This document shows positions 16,657-24,198 of a stretch of DNA of 64,000 bases, one piece after another; the first letter of the stretch is position 1; each line of letters begins with the position of its first letter. The DNA lies in the NCBI GenBank assembly GCA_028688475.1, contig JAQTYB010000002.1:10126-74125 (forward strand), in the 5' to 3' direction. Source of the stretch: Elusimicrobiales bacterium. GTDB lineage: Bacteria; Elusimicrobiota; Elusimicrobia; Elusimicrobiales; Elusimicrobiaceae. The notes under the pieces are model-generated. The model did no database searches, was not told the origin of the DNA, and saw only the letters and a program-made list of their open reading frames with translations. The position numbers and the translations under genes were made by a program.

Positions 16657-19600
16657 ATGGATGCCAACGACGCTGAAAATTTAACGCCGGACGAGGGCGC
16701 CGGAGATAAAAAAGAAATCGCCGGCGAGTGGTACGGCGGCAAGCTGCCGCCGGACGATATGCGCGCCGGGCAAAAGGAAGACGCCGGCGCGAAGAGGCCG
16801 GAGGCCGCCGCGCTTCCGCCGGTTGACGCGCGCGCCGGACGGACAGAGCCGGTTCCCGCTAAAAACGAGCGCGCGGAGATTCAATTGCCTCCCATCGCCG
16901 CGCGCGCCGGACAGGGGGAAGGACCCTCCCGGTCAAAGGTCTGGGATGCGCTGAAGCTGCCGTCCATCAAAGTGAACGCCAAATCCTCCGGCAAAAAAAA
17001 GACGACCCGCAAAACCGAGTCCATACTTCTGCGCATGCCCAAAGTGCGCTCCACCACCGGCGTGACGGGCAGGGGCCTGCTGACCCGGCTTAAAACCCTC
17101 TCCCGCAAGGACCTTACCTATCTGGCCGGAGCGGCCATGCTGGTCGTTTTCCTGCCCATAGCCTCCAATTACCTGATGAAGCCGGAGAACGACAGGACGC
17201 TGCGTCCCGAATTCGGCCAGCGCGGCGGCGGAAAGGGCGACGTGTTCGAGCCCGGCGCCGGCGGCTTTTCGCCGGGCAGCGTCAGCGGCTCGGGCGATAT
17301 CATAACGCCGCTCAGCGCGCGCGACCCCTCTTCGCTCATCCTCATGCCGGGGGAAGACAAGCCCGCGGCGCCGCCCCCGCCCGCGCCCGCGGCCCAGCCG
17401 CCGGAGCGCGTGGGTGACGCCGTAAGAAACGCCGCCACCCAGGCGGTGAGCAGGGCGGTGCAGACGGTTTCGCCCACTCCCATACCAAAATTGTCCGCCT
17501 CGCTGCGCGGTCTGGGCGCGATAGGAGGGGAGCGTAGCGCCAGCGGGGGCCAGCTTCCCGGTTCGGGCATACTGGCCGCGGCCAACAGAGCTCCCGGCGT
17601 GCCGCAGCGTTCCACTTTGAACCCCGTCGGCATGAAAGGCTACGCCGGCGCCTCCACTCACGGTCCCAGCGTCGGCAGCGTCTCTCCGGAAAATCTCAGA
17701 GCCCGGTCGGACGATATGGGCAACTGGCTTAACCGCTCCGGCGCGGCGCGCTCGCTGGACGCGGCGGCCAACGCCGCCATCGGCGCCGGACAGGGCACCC
17801 CCGGCGGCGGCGCGGGCGGCAGGGACGAGGCGAACAAAGCCGGCGGCGTGGGCTCGATAAAAAACAGCGCGTCCTACAGCCCCGGCAGACAGTCGCTCGA
17901 GGAGCGGCTCCGCGAGATGGCGGCAACCACCCGGCTGCAAAACGCCCTCGCCCACGAGAAATTCATGAAGTACGACGTGAAAGAGCAGATAATAAAAGGC
18001 TTCGTTGACGCCGCGATGAAAGGCATCACGGAACCGCTCACCAAGATGCTGGCCAAGGCGTTGGGCGGCAAAGCCCCTGATGATGACGGCGTTCATTGCG
18101 TTTGCGCGCAACTCCAATGTGTATTTGGGGTATTCACTTATGATAAGGGGAAGGAATATACTGAGGCCGGGGGCTGCAAAGACGACCCTGCGGAAGTAAA
18201 GAAGCAATGCACCACCCAACAGTTGCAAAGCGTAGGCTTCAAGGTCATGCCTTGCGGAAAAGACGCCGGTGGTGGAGGCGGTGACAGCGACGGCGGTGGC
18301 GGCAACAATGGCGGTGGAGGCAATAATGGCGGTGGAGGCAACAATGGTGGTGGCGGCAGCAATGGCCCCAACGGTTCCGATGGCAACCTTCAGGGCGCGG
18401 CCAAACCCAGCAGCCGCGGGGCCAATGAAACGGCAATCACTCAGCGCCAGCTTGTAGACCAAAAATATCCTGAAACCAAGAAATTGGTTGAGAAGTGCAA
18501 ACAGGCGCTGGCAAACTGCAAAGGTAACGGGCAGAATAACGGGCAGGGCGCGCAGACCTCGTATTTTGGCGGGAACGGAAACGGCGCGGAGGCATACTCC
18601 AATCTGAACGCCTTCGCGTCCTGCGGCGCGTTCTGCCATGTTGTCGCCTCTTTATACGCCGGTCCCGTTGGAAACGCCTTCGCGACTTGCGGGAACCACG
18701 GGGGGCCGCCGCCGGAGGGCGCCGATGCCTGCGCCAAGAAGCTTACTGACGAGCAGAAGGCTGTATGCCTCAAGGCCGCCCAGGCGGTTGCCGGTTTGGC
18801 CGGCAACAACAAAGGCATGCATGACGCCGACATCAAGCAGATAGAGGGCATAAAGCAGCAACTGGATAAAAACGGGCAGGAGCTCGACAAGCTCAATCAG
18901 CCCGACCAGCCCGGGAATACGGCGTTTCTCTATAACACCTTTCCCAAAAGCGGCGGCAGCCCCCTGCTGGCCTTTTTCGGCGGCACGCTTGGCGGCGGTT
19001 ATGCCTGCGCGGCGCCCGCCGAGGGCGACGGGAGCAGTGATGCGTCGGCGCGCGGAAATACCGGTACCGAGAAACAACAGACCGGCAGAACCCGTATCAC
19101 CGGTTTCAAGCAGGGCGGCAACGCCGCCGATAACGCCAAAGTTCTCGCCGCCGCGGCGGAATATTGCAAAAACCACAAGGAAGACAAGGATTGCGCCTCT
19201 TACTTCTCCATAAGGGACGGCGGCCAGCAAAAGGGCACGGCATTCCCGGGCGCTTTGCAGCCCGGCTTCCTGGAGGAAAGGAAGAAAGCCCTCGCGGAAC
19301 TTGATGCGGAAATAAAAGCCGTCGTCGAGCAGGATAGGCGGCTTCTGTCCTCCGCCGGCGAAGCAGCGGCGGGGCTGACAGAGAAAAGCCGGAAGGGCGC
19401 GGAAGTCGCGGACAGAGCCGCCAAAACGGTTACGGGGCTCAAATTCGATAACAATCCCAAAGACGATATCACGAGGCTGGAGGAGGCGTTCAACTCGCTG
19501 GGCGACCCCGGCAAATCCGGCGGCGACGGCGACGACCAGTGCAAAACCTCCCTGGGTTGCTTCGCCAAAGTGACGGGCCAGGACGGGGACATGAGCGATG

Positions 19601-19965
19601 AGCACAAGCGGTGGCGGGAGGGCAGGGCGTCGGGCAAGCTCGAGCTCGATTTCCACGGAAACCCGGGCGAATACACCACGCTTGACAGAGACAAAGCGTC
19701 GTTGCTGAGGCTGCTTTCCGTCAGGCGCAATGTTCTCAACGAGATTTCCAGAATCTCCACAGCCCGCGAGTCGCATGCCTCCTGGGTGAATAATTGGGAT
19801 AAAACTTCCGCCCTGATGAAGGACCCGGGCTTCACAAGCCTCATCAGCAGGCTGGCGCTGAAGCAGAATTTGGCGGAGAAGGAGAAAGAGAAAAAAGAAA
19901 AAGAAGCCAAGGATAAAGCCGGGAACAAGGCCGGCGCATCGGATAAAAAGACAGGCGCCGGCTAG
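16657..19965 (+). CDS. large hypothetical bitopic protein (cluster gene J): I-like core plus ~630-aa Cys-paired, coiled-coil-like extension
   Basis: ORF 16561-19965 trimmed to ATG 16657, which has the same GGAGG-N-TTTATGGATGCCAAC start context as gene I. The core is colinear with I up to about 18060. The extension has 18 Cys by my count, a GGGGNN repeat and a Lys/Glu-rich tail. Confidence 0.65.
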   Translation: MDANDAENLTPDEGAGDKKEIAGEWYGGKLPPDDMRAGQKEDAGAKRPEAAALPPVDARAGRTEPVPAKNERAEIQLPPIAARAGQGEGPSRSKVWDALKLPSIKVNAKSSGKKKTTRKTESILLRMPKVRSTTGVTGRGLLTRLKTLSRKDLTYLAGAAMLVVFLPIASNYLMKPENDRTLRPEFGQRGGGKGDVFEPGAGGFSPGSVSGSGDIITPLSARDPSSLILMPGEDKPAAPPPPAPAAQPPERVGDAVRNAATQAVSRAVQTVSPTPIPKLSASLRGLGAIGGERSASGGQLPGSGILAAANRAPGVPQRSTLNPVGMKGYAGASTHGPSVGSVSPENLRARSDDMGNWLNRSGAARSLDAAANAAIGAGQGTPGGGAGGRDEANKAGGVGSIKNSASYSPGRQSLEERLREMAATTRLQNALAHEKFMKYDVKEQIIKGFVDAAMKGITEPLTKMLAKALGGKAPDDDGVHCVCAQLQCVFGVFTYDKGKEYTEAGGCKDDPAEVKKQCTTQQLQSVGFKVMPCGKDAGGGGGDSDGGGGNNGGGGNNGGGGNNGGGGSNGPNGSDGNLQGAAKPSSRGANETAITQRQLVDQKYPETKKLVEKCKQALANCKGNGQNNGQGAQTSYFGGNGNGAEAYSNLNAFASCGAFCHVVASLYAGPVGNAFATCGNHGGPPPEGADACAKKLTDEQKAVCLKAAQAVAGLAGNNKGMHDADIKQIEGIKQQLDKNGQELDKLNQPDQPGNTAFLYNTFPKSGGSPLLAFFGGTLGGGYACAAPAEGDGSSDASARGNTGTEKQQTGRTRITGFKQGGNAADNAKVLAAAAEYCKNHKEDKDCASYFSIRDGGQQKGTAFPGALQPGFLEERKKALAELDAEIKAVVEQDRRLLSSAGEAAAGLTEKSRKGAEVADRAAKTVTGLKFDNNPKDDITRLEEAFNSLGDPGKSGGDGDDQCKTSLGCFAKVTGQDGDMSDEHKRWREGRASGKLELDFHGNPGEYTTLDRDKASLLRLLSVRRNVLNEISRISTARESHASWVNNWDKTSALMKDPGFTSLISRLALKQNLAEKEKEKKEKEAKDKAGNKAGASDKKTGAG
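18268..18363 (+). repeat. 18-bp tandem repeat (GGCGGTGGAGGCAACAAT-like, four good copies plus one degenerate) encoding (GGGGNN)n in gene J
   Basis: Read directly: units at 18292, 18310, 18328 and 18346, preceded by a degenerate unit from 18268. Confidence 0.8.
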
Positions 19966-19997
19966 AAAGACGAATTTGGCGGCGTTCAAGATTGCAG

Positions 19998-20035
19998 CCC
20001 GGGCGGGGAAAGGCTCCCGCCCGGGTTTTTGTTTT
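19998..20035 (+). terminator. rho-independent terminator closing the C-J gene block
   Basis: Stem CCCGGGCGGG, loop GAAAGGCT, stem CCCGCCCGGG (10-bp perfect G/C stem), followed by TTTTTGTTTT. It lies 33 nt after the J stop. Confidence 0.85.
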
Positions 20036-20062
20036 GCAGGGCGTTTTCCGCTTTGGTATAGT
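20034..20062 (+). promoter_or_regulatory. candidate sigma70-type promoter TTGCAG-17 nt-TGGTATAGT (extended -10) for the TPR gene K
   Basis: Motifs read at 20034-20039 and 20054-20062. The -10 ends 8 nt before ATG 20071, which implies a leaderless or near-leaderless mRNA. Confidence 0.35.
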
Positions 20063-20070
20063 TGAGAAGG

Positions 20071-21837
20071 ATGAAAACGGTTTTATTTTTTATCGCTCTC
20101 TTTTCCGCTTCAATCGCGCTATGCGCCGTCTCCGACGACGATTCCCACCCGGAAATGCGCACCGTCTGGGACAGGATAATGCACGCGCAGTCCTACCACA
20201 ACATGTCGCGCGGCCTTTCCCTGCTAGACGACGGCAAATACTCCGAGGCGGCGCGCGAGTTCGGCAAGGCCATAGTCGAAAACCCCGGCGAACCCTGGCC
20301 GCATATCCTGTTGGGCTCCGCGCTTTACTGGGCCGGCCAGGTGGACCAGGCCATGACGGAATTCGACGCCGCGCTCAGGCTGGACCCCAAAAACGCCGAC
20401 GCGTGGCAGCTAAAAGGCATAGCATACTCCTGGAAGGGCAACGGTGCCGCCGCGCTGGAGGCGTTCTCCTCCGCCGCCGGCTACGCGCCCGCGCGGCCCG
20501 ACGTGCAGATGAACCTCGGCTCGATTTACGAGAGCGTCGGCAATTTTTCCGAGGCCGTCGTGCATCTGCGCCGCGCCGCGGAGCTTGAGCCGCGGCATCC
20601 GCTCTACTGGTTCCAGTTGGGCTCGCTCTATTCCCGGCTGGGGCGGGACACGGATGCCGCCGAGGCGTTAAACCATGCGCTGGACATCCACTCCGGCTAC
20701 CAGGACGCGCTGGTGGAGCTGGGCGCGGTGGAGGAGCGGCTGGGAAAAAGCAAGGCCGCGCTGTCACTGTTCAAAAAAGCGGTCAAGCTCAAACCCGGGG
20801 ATTCCGTGGCGCGCCTGCGCGCCGCGCTGCTGCTGGACAAAGCCGCCGCCCGGCCCGACGCCGAGGAGATTATCGCGGGCGCGTTCAACCTCATGCCCAG
20901 CCGGACGGGCGAGGGAATCGCGCTTTCGGTTTCCTATTCCGGCGCGGCGGCCAAAGGCCCGCCGGGCCAGCCGGATAAAAGCGCGGATTCCAAGACGCCG
21001 GCAAAGCCGCAGTCTGGCGGGCCGGTGGATTCCCTCCGCCGCAACCTTGAGCGCGCGCCGCTGGACCAGCAGGTGCATATCTCGGTGGAAATGCTCTACA
21101 TTCCGCAGCCGGTATTGCAGCGGGAAAAACCGGGGGAGGCCGTAAAAGGCGCGCTGGGCCGCGCGCTCAACTCGCAGATGCAGGCGCAAAAGCACACGCC
21201 GGTCGTGCTTGCCGCGAAACGCGATTTCACGCTGCCGCCCGGCGACGCGCTGGCCCGCTCCTCCGAAATTGATTCCATCGTGGACGAGCTCAACAAAGCC
21301 GTGGCCGGCGTGCCGCCCGGCGCGGATATGCGCATGGCGCTCAGCATGGAGACCAAAAAACCCGGCGCCGCGCCCGCCGGCCCCGCGCAGCAGGACGGCG
21401 GCACGTCCGGGCAGGGCCGCGCGCCCGACGACGCGGCCAGCGCCTCCCGTGTGGTTTTCAACCCGCGCGCCGTCGGAAACGATATGGGGCTCTGGGTGAT
21501 GGGGACCGCGTGGCTGGATTTGGTCAACGAAGTTACGCCGGAGCTTGAAGCGCTCGCTGAAACCGAAACCGACCCCGTAAAATGGGAAGCGGCGGGGCTG
21601 GCGCACGTCATAGCGGGGGAGTCGCGGTCCGCGCTGGAGGATTTCGCGCGCGCGGAGTCCCGCGGCGCGCGCGAGACGGCGCTCATGGGTTCCGCCGTGG
21701 CGTGGGTGCTTGCCGGCAGCGAGGAAAACGCGGTGGACTGCCTGCGCAAAGTTCTCAAGCTCAATCCCGGCAACAAAACCGCGCGGGAGAATCTGAAATG
21801 GCTCACCACTCCGTCGAATATACAGGGGGCGAAATGA
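20071..21837 (+). CDS. secreted TPR-repeat protein (cluster gene K)
   Basis: ORF 20062-21837 with ATG 20071 giving the signal peptide MKTVLFFIALFSASIALCA. It has several TPR units (DAALRLDPKNADAWQLKGIAYSWKGNGAAALEAF, RRAAELEPRHPLYWFQLGSLY), a low-complexity middle and a TPR-like C-terminus. Confidence 0.75.
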   Translation: MKTVLFFIALFSASIALCAVSDDDSHPEMRTVWDRIMHAQSYHNMSRGLSLLDDGKYSEAAREFGKAIVENPGEPWPHILLGSALYWAGQVDQAMTEFDAALRLDPKNADAWQLKGIAYSWKGNGAAALEAFSSAAGYAPARPDVQMNLGSIYESVGNFSEAVVHLRRAAELEPRHPLYWFQLGSLYSRLGRDTDAAEALNHALDIHSGYQDALVELGAVEERLGKSKAALSLFKKAVKLKPGDSVARLRAALLLDKAAARPDAEEIIAGAFNLMPSRTGEGIALSVSYSGAAAKGPPGQPDKSADSKTPAKPQSGGPVDSLRRNLERAPLDQQVHISVEMLYIPQPVLQREKPGEAVKGALGRALNSQMQAQKHTPVVLAAKRDFTLPPGDALARSSEIDSIVDELNKAVAGVPPGADMRMALSMETKKPGAAPAGPAQQDGGTSGQGRAPDDAASASRVVFNPRAVGNDMGLWVMGTAWLDLVNEVTPELEALAETETDPVKWEAAGLAHVIAGESRSALEDFARAESRGARETALMGSAVAWVLAGSEENAVDCLRKVLKLNPGNKTARENLKWLTTPSNIQGAK

Positions 21838-22388
21838 AAATAATTTCAGCGGCGTGCATTGCGGCCCTGTTTGCGGCTCCGTGTCTCTCCGCCGCGAAAC
21901 CGGCGAATCTCAAACGCGGCGGCGTGAAAATTTCCGTCAGCGGCGCGCTGTCCGCCAAAACCGGCAAGGCGCTGGCCCTGCTCGGCAAATCAGCGCCGGA
22001 GGCGGGCGCGCAGGTCAAAAAGTATGTCTTCGAGATAAAAAAAGGCGCGCTCTCCGGCATTTCGCCGGAAAACGCTCCGAACGCCGTGGCGCTGAGCACG
22101 GCGGCGGCAGGATGTTCCGTCACCTGGCTGGCGGGCGCAATCGCGCATGAAAGCTGCCTGCTGAAGTTGTACGCCGACTACGGGAAAAGCCATGAAGGGC
22201 CGGTTCCGCGGCGAGTCTGGACGGGCGGCGAGGCGGATAGATATTGCATTAGGTATCAGCTTTCCGTGCTGCGCCAGCTCAACGCGCCGCAGCAGGAAAC
22301 GGATTGCCTGAGTTCCGGCGCCGGCAACAATTCCGGCGCGGCCTCCTCCTACGCCGGCTGGGAAAGCCGCTGCACTTCCAATCGCTGA
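21834..22388 (+). CDS. secreted hypothetical protein (cluster gene L)
   Basis: ORF 21582-22388 trimmed to ATG 21834, which overlaps the K stop (ATGA). It has the signal peptide MKIISAACIAALFAAPCLSAA. No recognisable domain. Confidence 0.55.
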   Translation: MKIISAACIAALFAAPCLSAAKPANLKRGGVKISVSGALSAKTGKALALLGKSAPEAGAQVKKYVFEIKKGALSGISPENAPNAVALSTAAAGCSVTWLAGAIAHESCLLKLYADYGKSHEGPVPRRVWTGGEADRYCIRYQLSVLRQLNAPQQETDCLSSGAGNNSGAASSYAGWESRCTSNR

Positions 22389-22397
22389 TTGCGGTTT

Positions 22398-23207
22398 ATG
22401 CCTAAATTCAGCCAGAACTTTCTTGTGAACCCCGGCATCTGCCGTTCCATCGTGAACGCGCTTGCGGCGCTGCCGGCCGGTTTCACCGTCGAAATCGGTC
22501 CCGGAAAAGGCGCGCTCACAAAATTGCTGGCCGGGCGCGGCGAGCCCTTCGCCGCCGTCGAGATAGACCCGGAGATGGCGGCGCTGCTGCGCCGGGCGCC
22601 GGAAATAGCGCGGCTGTGCAGCCTTCATAATATTGATTTTCTGAAAGCGGATTTGAGCGCGGCGCTGCCGCGGGGCGAAGCCATTTTGTTCGTCGGAAAC
22701 CTGCCTTACGATTGCGGCTCGGCGATTTTGCAAAGGGCGCTTGCCTGCCCGCGGTTTGGCGGCGCGGTGTTCATGTTCCAGAAGGAAGTGGCGCAGCGCA
22801 TTGTGGCCGGCCCCGGCTCCGGCAAATACGGGCTGCTGGCGCTGAGCGCGCAATGCCGCGCGCGCGTCCGGCTGCTTATGACGGTGGGCAAAAACAATTT
22901 CAGGCCGGTTCCGGCGGTGGATTCCGCCGTGGTGGAATTTGTCAGGCTGGAAAGTTCGCCGTTCAAATCCGCGGAGCACGAGGCGGGGTTTTTCAGGACA
23001 ATCCGCGCCGCCTTTGCCCACCGCCGGAAAACGGTCGCAAACTCGCTCTCGCTGTCGTTATGCAGCGATAAAGCGGTTTTGGAGCGGCAGTTGGCCCGCG
23101 CGGGCATAAACCCCGCCCTCCGTCCCGAAGCCATCCCGCTGGAAAAGTATGTCCAACTGGCGGATGTACTGTGTTTCAATCAATCAGGCGCAAGTCCGCA
23201 TTTTTAA
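22398..23207 (+). CDS. rsmA: 16S rRNA (adenine1518/1519-N6)-dimethyltransferase RsmA/KsgA
   Basis: N-terminal PKFSQNFLVNP and the SAM-binding VEIGPGKGALT are typical of KsgA. ATG 22398 is preferred over TTG 22389. Confidence 0.85.
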   Translation: MPKFSQNFLVNPGICRSIVNALAALPAGFTVEIGPGKGALTKLLAGRGEPFAAVEIDPEMAALLRRAPEIARLCSLHNIDFLKADLSAALPRGEAILFVGNLPYDCGSAILQRALACPRFGGAVFMFQKEVAQRIVAGPGSGKYGLLALSAQCRARVRLLMTVGKNNFRPVPAVDSAVVEFVRLESSPFKSAEHEAGFFRTIRAAFAHRRKTVANSLSLSLCSDKAVLERQLARAGINPALRPEAIPLEKYVQLADVLCFNQSGASPHF

Positions 23208-23224
23208 TATAATGAGACAGATTT

Positions 23225-24145
23225 ATGCAGAGCGCGCATCACAAGCCTGACGTGAAATCGCTGCGGGAAGCGGCCCTGAAGCTGTCCATGCCCAAAAAGC
23301 GGCCCGTCCTGAAAAACCGGCGCCGGTTGCACGGGCGGGACAAGGAGCTTGTGGCCGTGGGCGATTTGCACGGGGAGCTCGACGGCATTCTGGAGATACT
23401 GCTCCACGCCGGACTTATAGACTTCCGCGCCCGCTGGAAAGGCGGCAACAAAACCCTCGTGCAGCTGGGCGATGTGATAGACCGCGGCCCGCATTCAATG
23501 GACGTCAACAATCTGCTGGCGCGGCTCCAGCGCGAGGCCGAGCTCAAGGGCGGCAAAGTGGTGCGGCTGCTGGGCAACCACGAGCTGGAGCTGCTGCGCG
23601 GAAACGCCTACCTCACCACCCTGCCGCCGGAGCAGGCCGGGGAATACCGCCGCCGGCTGGCGGGGGATATTTTGAACGGCAACGTGCTGGCCGCCTACTC
23701 GCAGCAAGGCTATCTTTTCACCCATGCGGGGCTCACCGGCGAGATGCTGAGCCTGCTCGCCAGGTCCGACGGCCCCCTGCCGTCCGACGAGGCCGGCCTG
23801 GCGGACCTGATAAACAAAATAACCGCGCAGGCTCTCATGCGCAACGATTACTCTCACAGCATTTTCAATATCGGCGCCTCGCGCGGCGGGCGTTACCGCC
23901 ACGGCGGGATTTTCTGGGAGGATGTGCGGCTGCTGTTCGCCTCGGAAGGCGCGGCGGGGATAAAACAGGTGGTGGGCCACACCCCGCTCAAACGCGTAAT
24001 CCAGAGCGAGGGCGGCAGGCTGACCGCGCTGGATGTGGGGATATACAAAGGTTACGGCGGGGGGCGCGCCTACATCCGCATGAAACGCGGCAGGATATCC
24101 ATAGTGGAACTGGCGCTGCCCGCGGTAGTTTCTATTTTGCAGTAA
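23225..24145 (+). CDS. calcineurin-like metallophosphoesterase (PPP/ApaH-like)
   Basis: Motifs GDLHG, GDVIDRG and GNHE are present in order. Confidence 0.75.
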   Translation: MQSAHHKPDVKSLREAALKLSMPKKRPVLKNRRRLHGRDKELVAVGDLHGELDGILEILLHAGLIDFRARWKGGNKTLVQLGDVIDRGPHSMDVNNLLARLQREAELKGGKVVRLLGNHELELLRGNAYLTTLPPEQAGEYRRRLAGDILNGNVLAAYSQQGYLFTHAGLTGEMLSLLARSDGPLPSDEAGLADLINKITAQALMRNDYSHSIFNIGASRGGRYRHGGIFWEDVRLLFASEGAAGIKQVVGHTPLKRVIQSEGGRLTALDVGIYKGYGGGRAYIRMKRGRISIVELALPAVVSILQ

Positions 24146-24180
24146 CCGAAATACGCGGGACGGGCGGCGGGCGGCATTTT

Positions 24181-24189
24181 TGCTAGAAT
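24181..24189 (+). promoter_or_regulatory. candidate extended -10 element TGCTAGAAT upstream of nadE
   Basis: Read directly. It ends 9 nt before ATG 24199 and no SD lies in between, which suggests a leaderless or near-leaderless nadE mRNA. Confidence 0.3.
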
Positions 24190-24198
24190 TGTTGCGCG

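Noticed and set aside
18268-18363. The short regular repeat could be mistaken for a CRISPR-like array.
   Set aside because: The units are 18 bp, contiguous without spacers, in-frame and inside a long ORF. This is a coding microsatellite, not a CRISPR array. No cas genes are present in the window.
16933-19989. Two long minus-strand ORFs (16933-18639 at 568 aa and 18652-19989 at 445 aa) opposite gene J.
   Set aside because: The reasoning is the same as above. The sense frame is supported by paralogy with gene I, which is evidence independent of ORF length. The antisense products are Arg/Gly-rich with no features.
4268-22388. Interpreting the low-complexity cluster as a known machine: type II/III/IV secretion, a type IV or Tad pilus, curli/Fap amyloid, a magnetosome island, or a Bat aerotolerance operon.
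   Set aside because: I see no secretion ATPase, secretin, prepilin (G/FTLIE) leader, CsgG/FapF-type barrel, MamB/M/E/K-type gene, or MoxR/vWA gene. Only generic TPR proteins are shared with those systems, so none of these labels is supportable.
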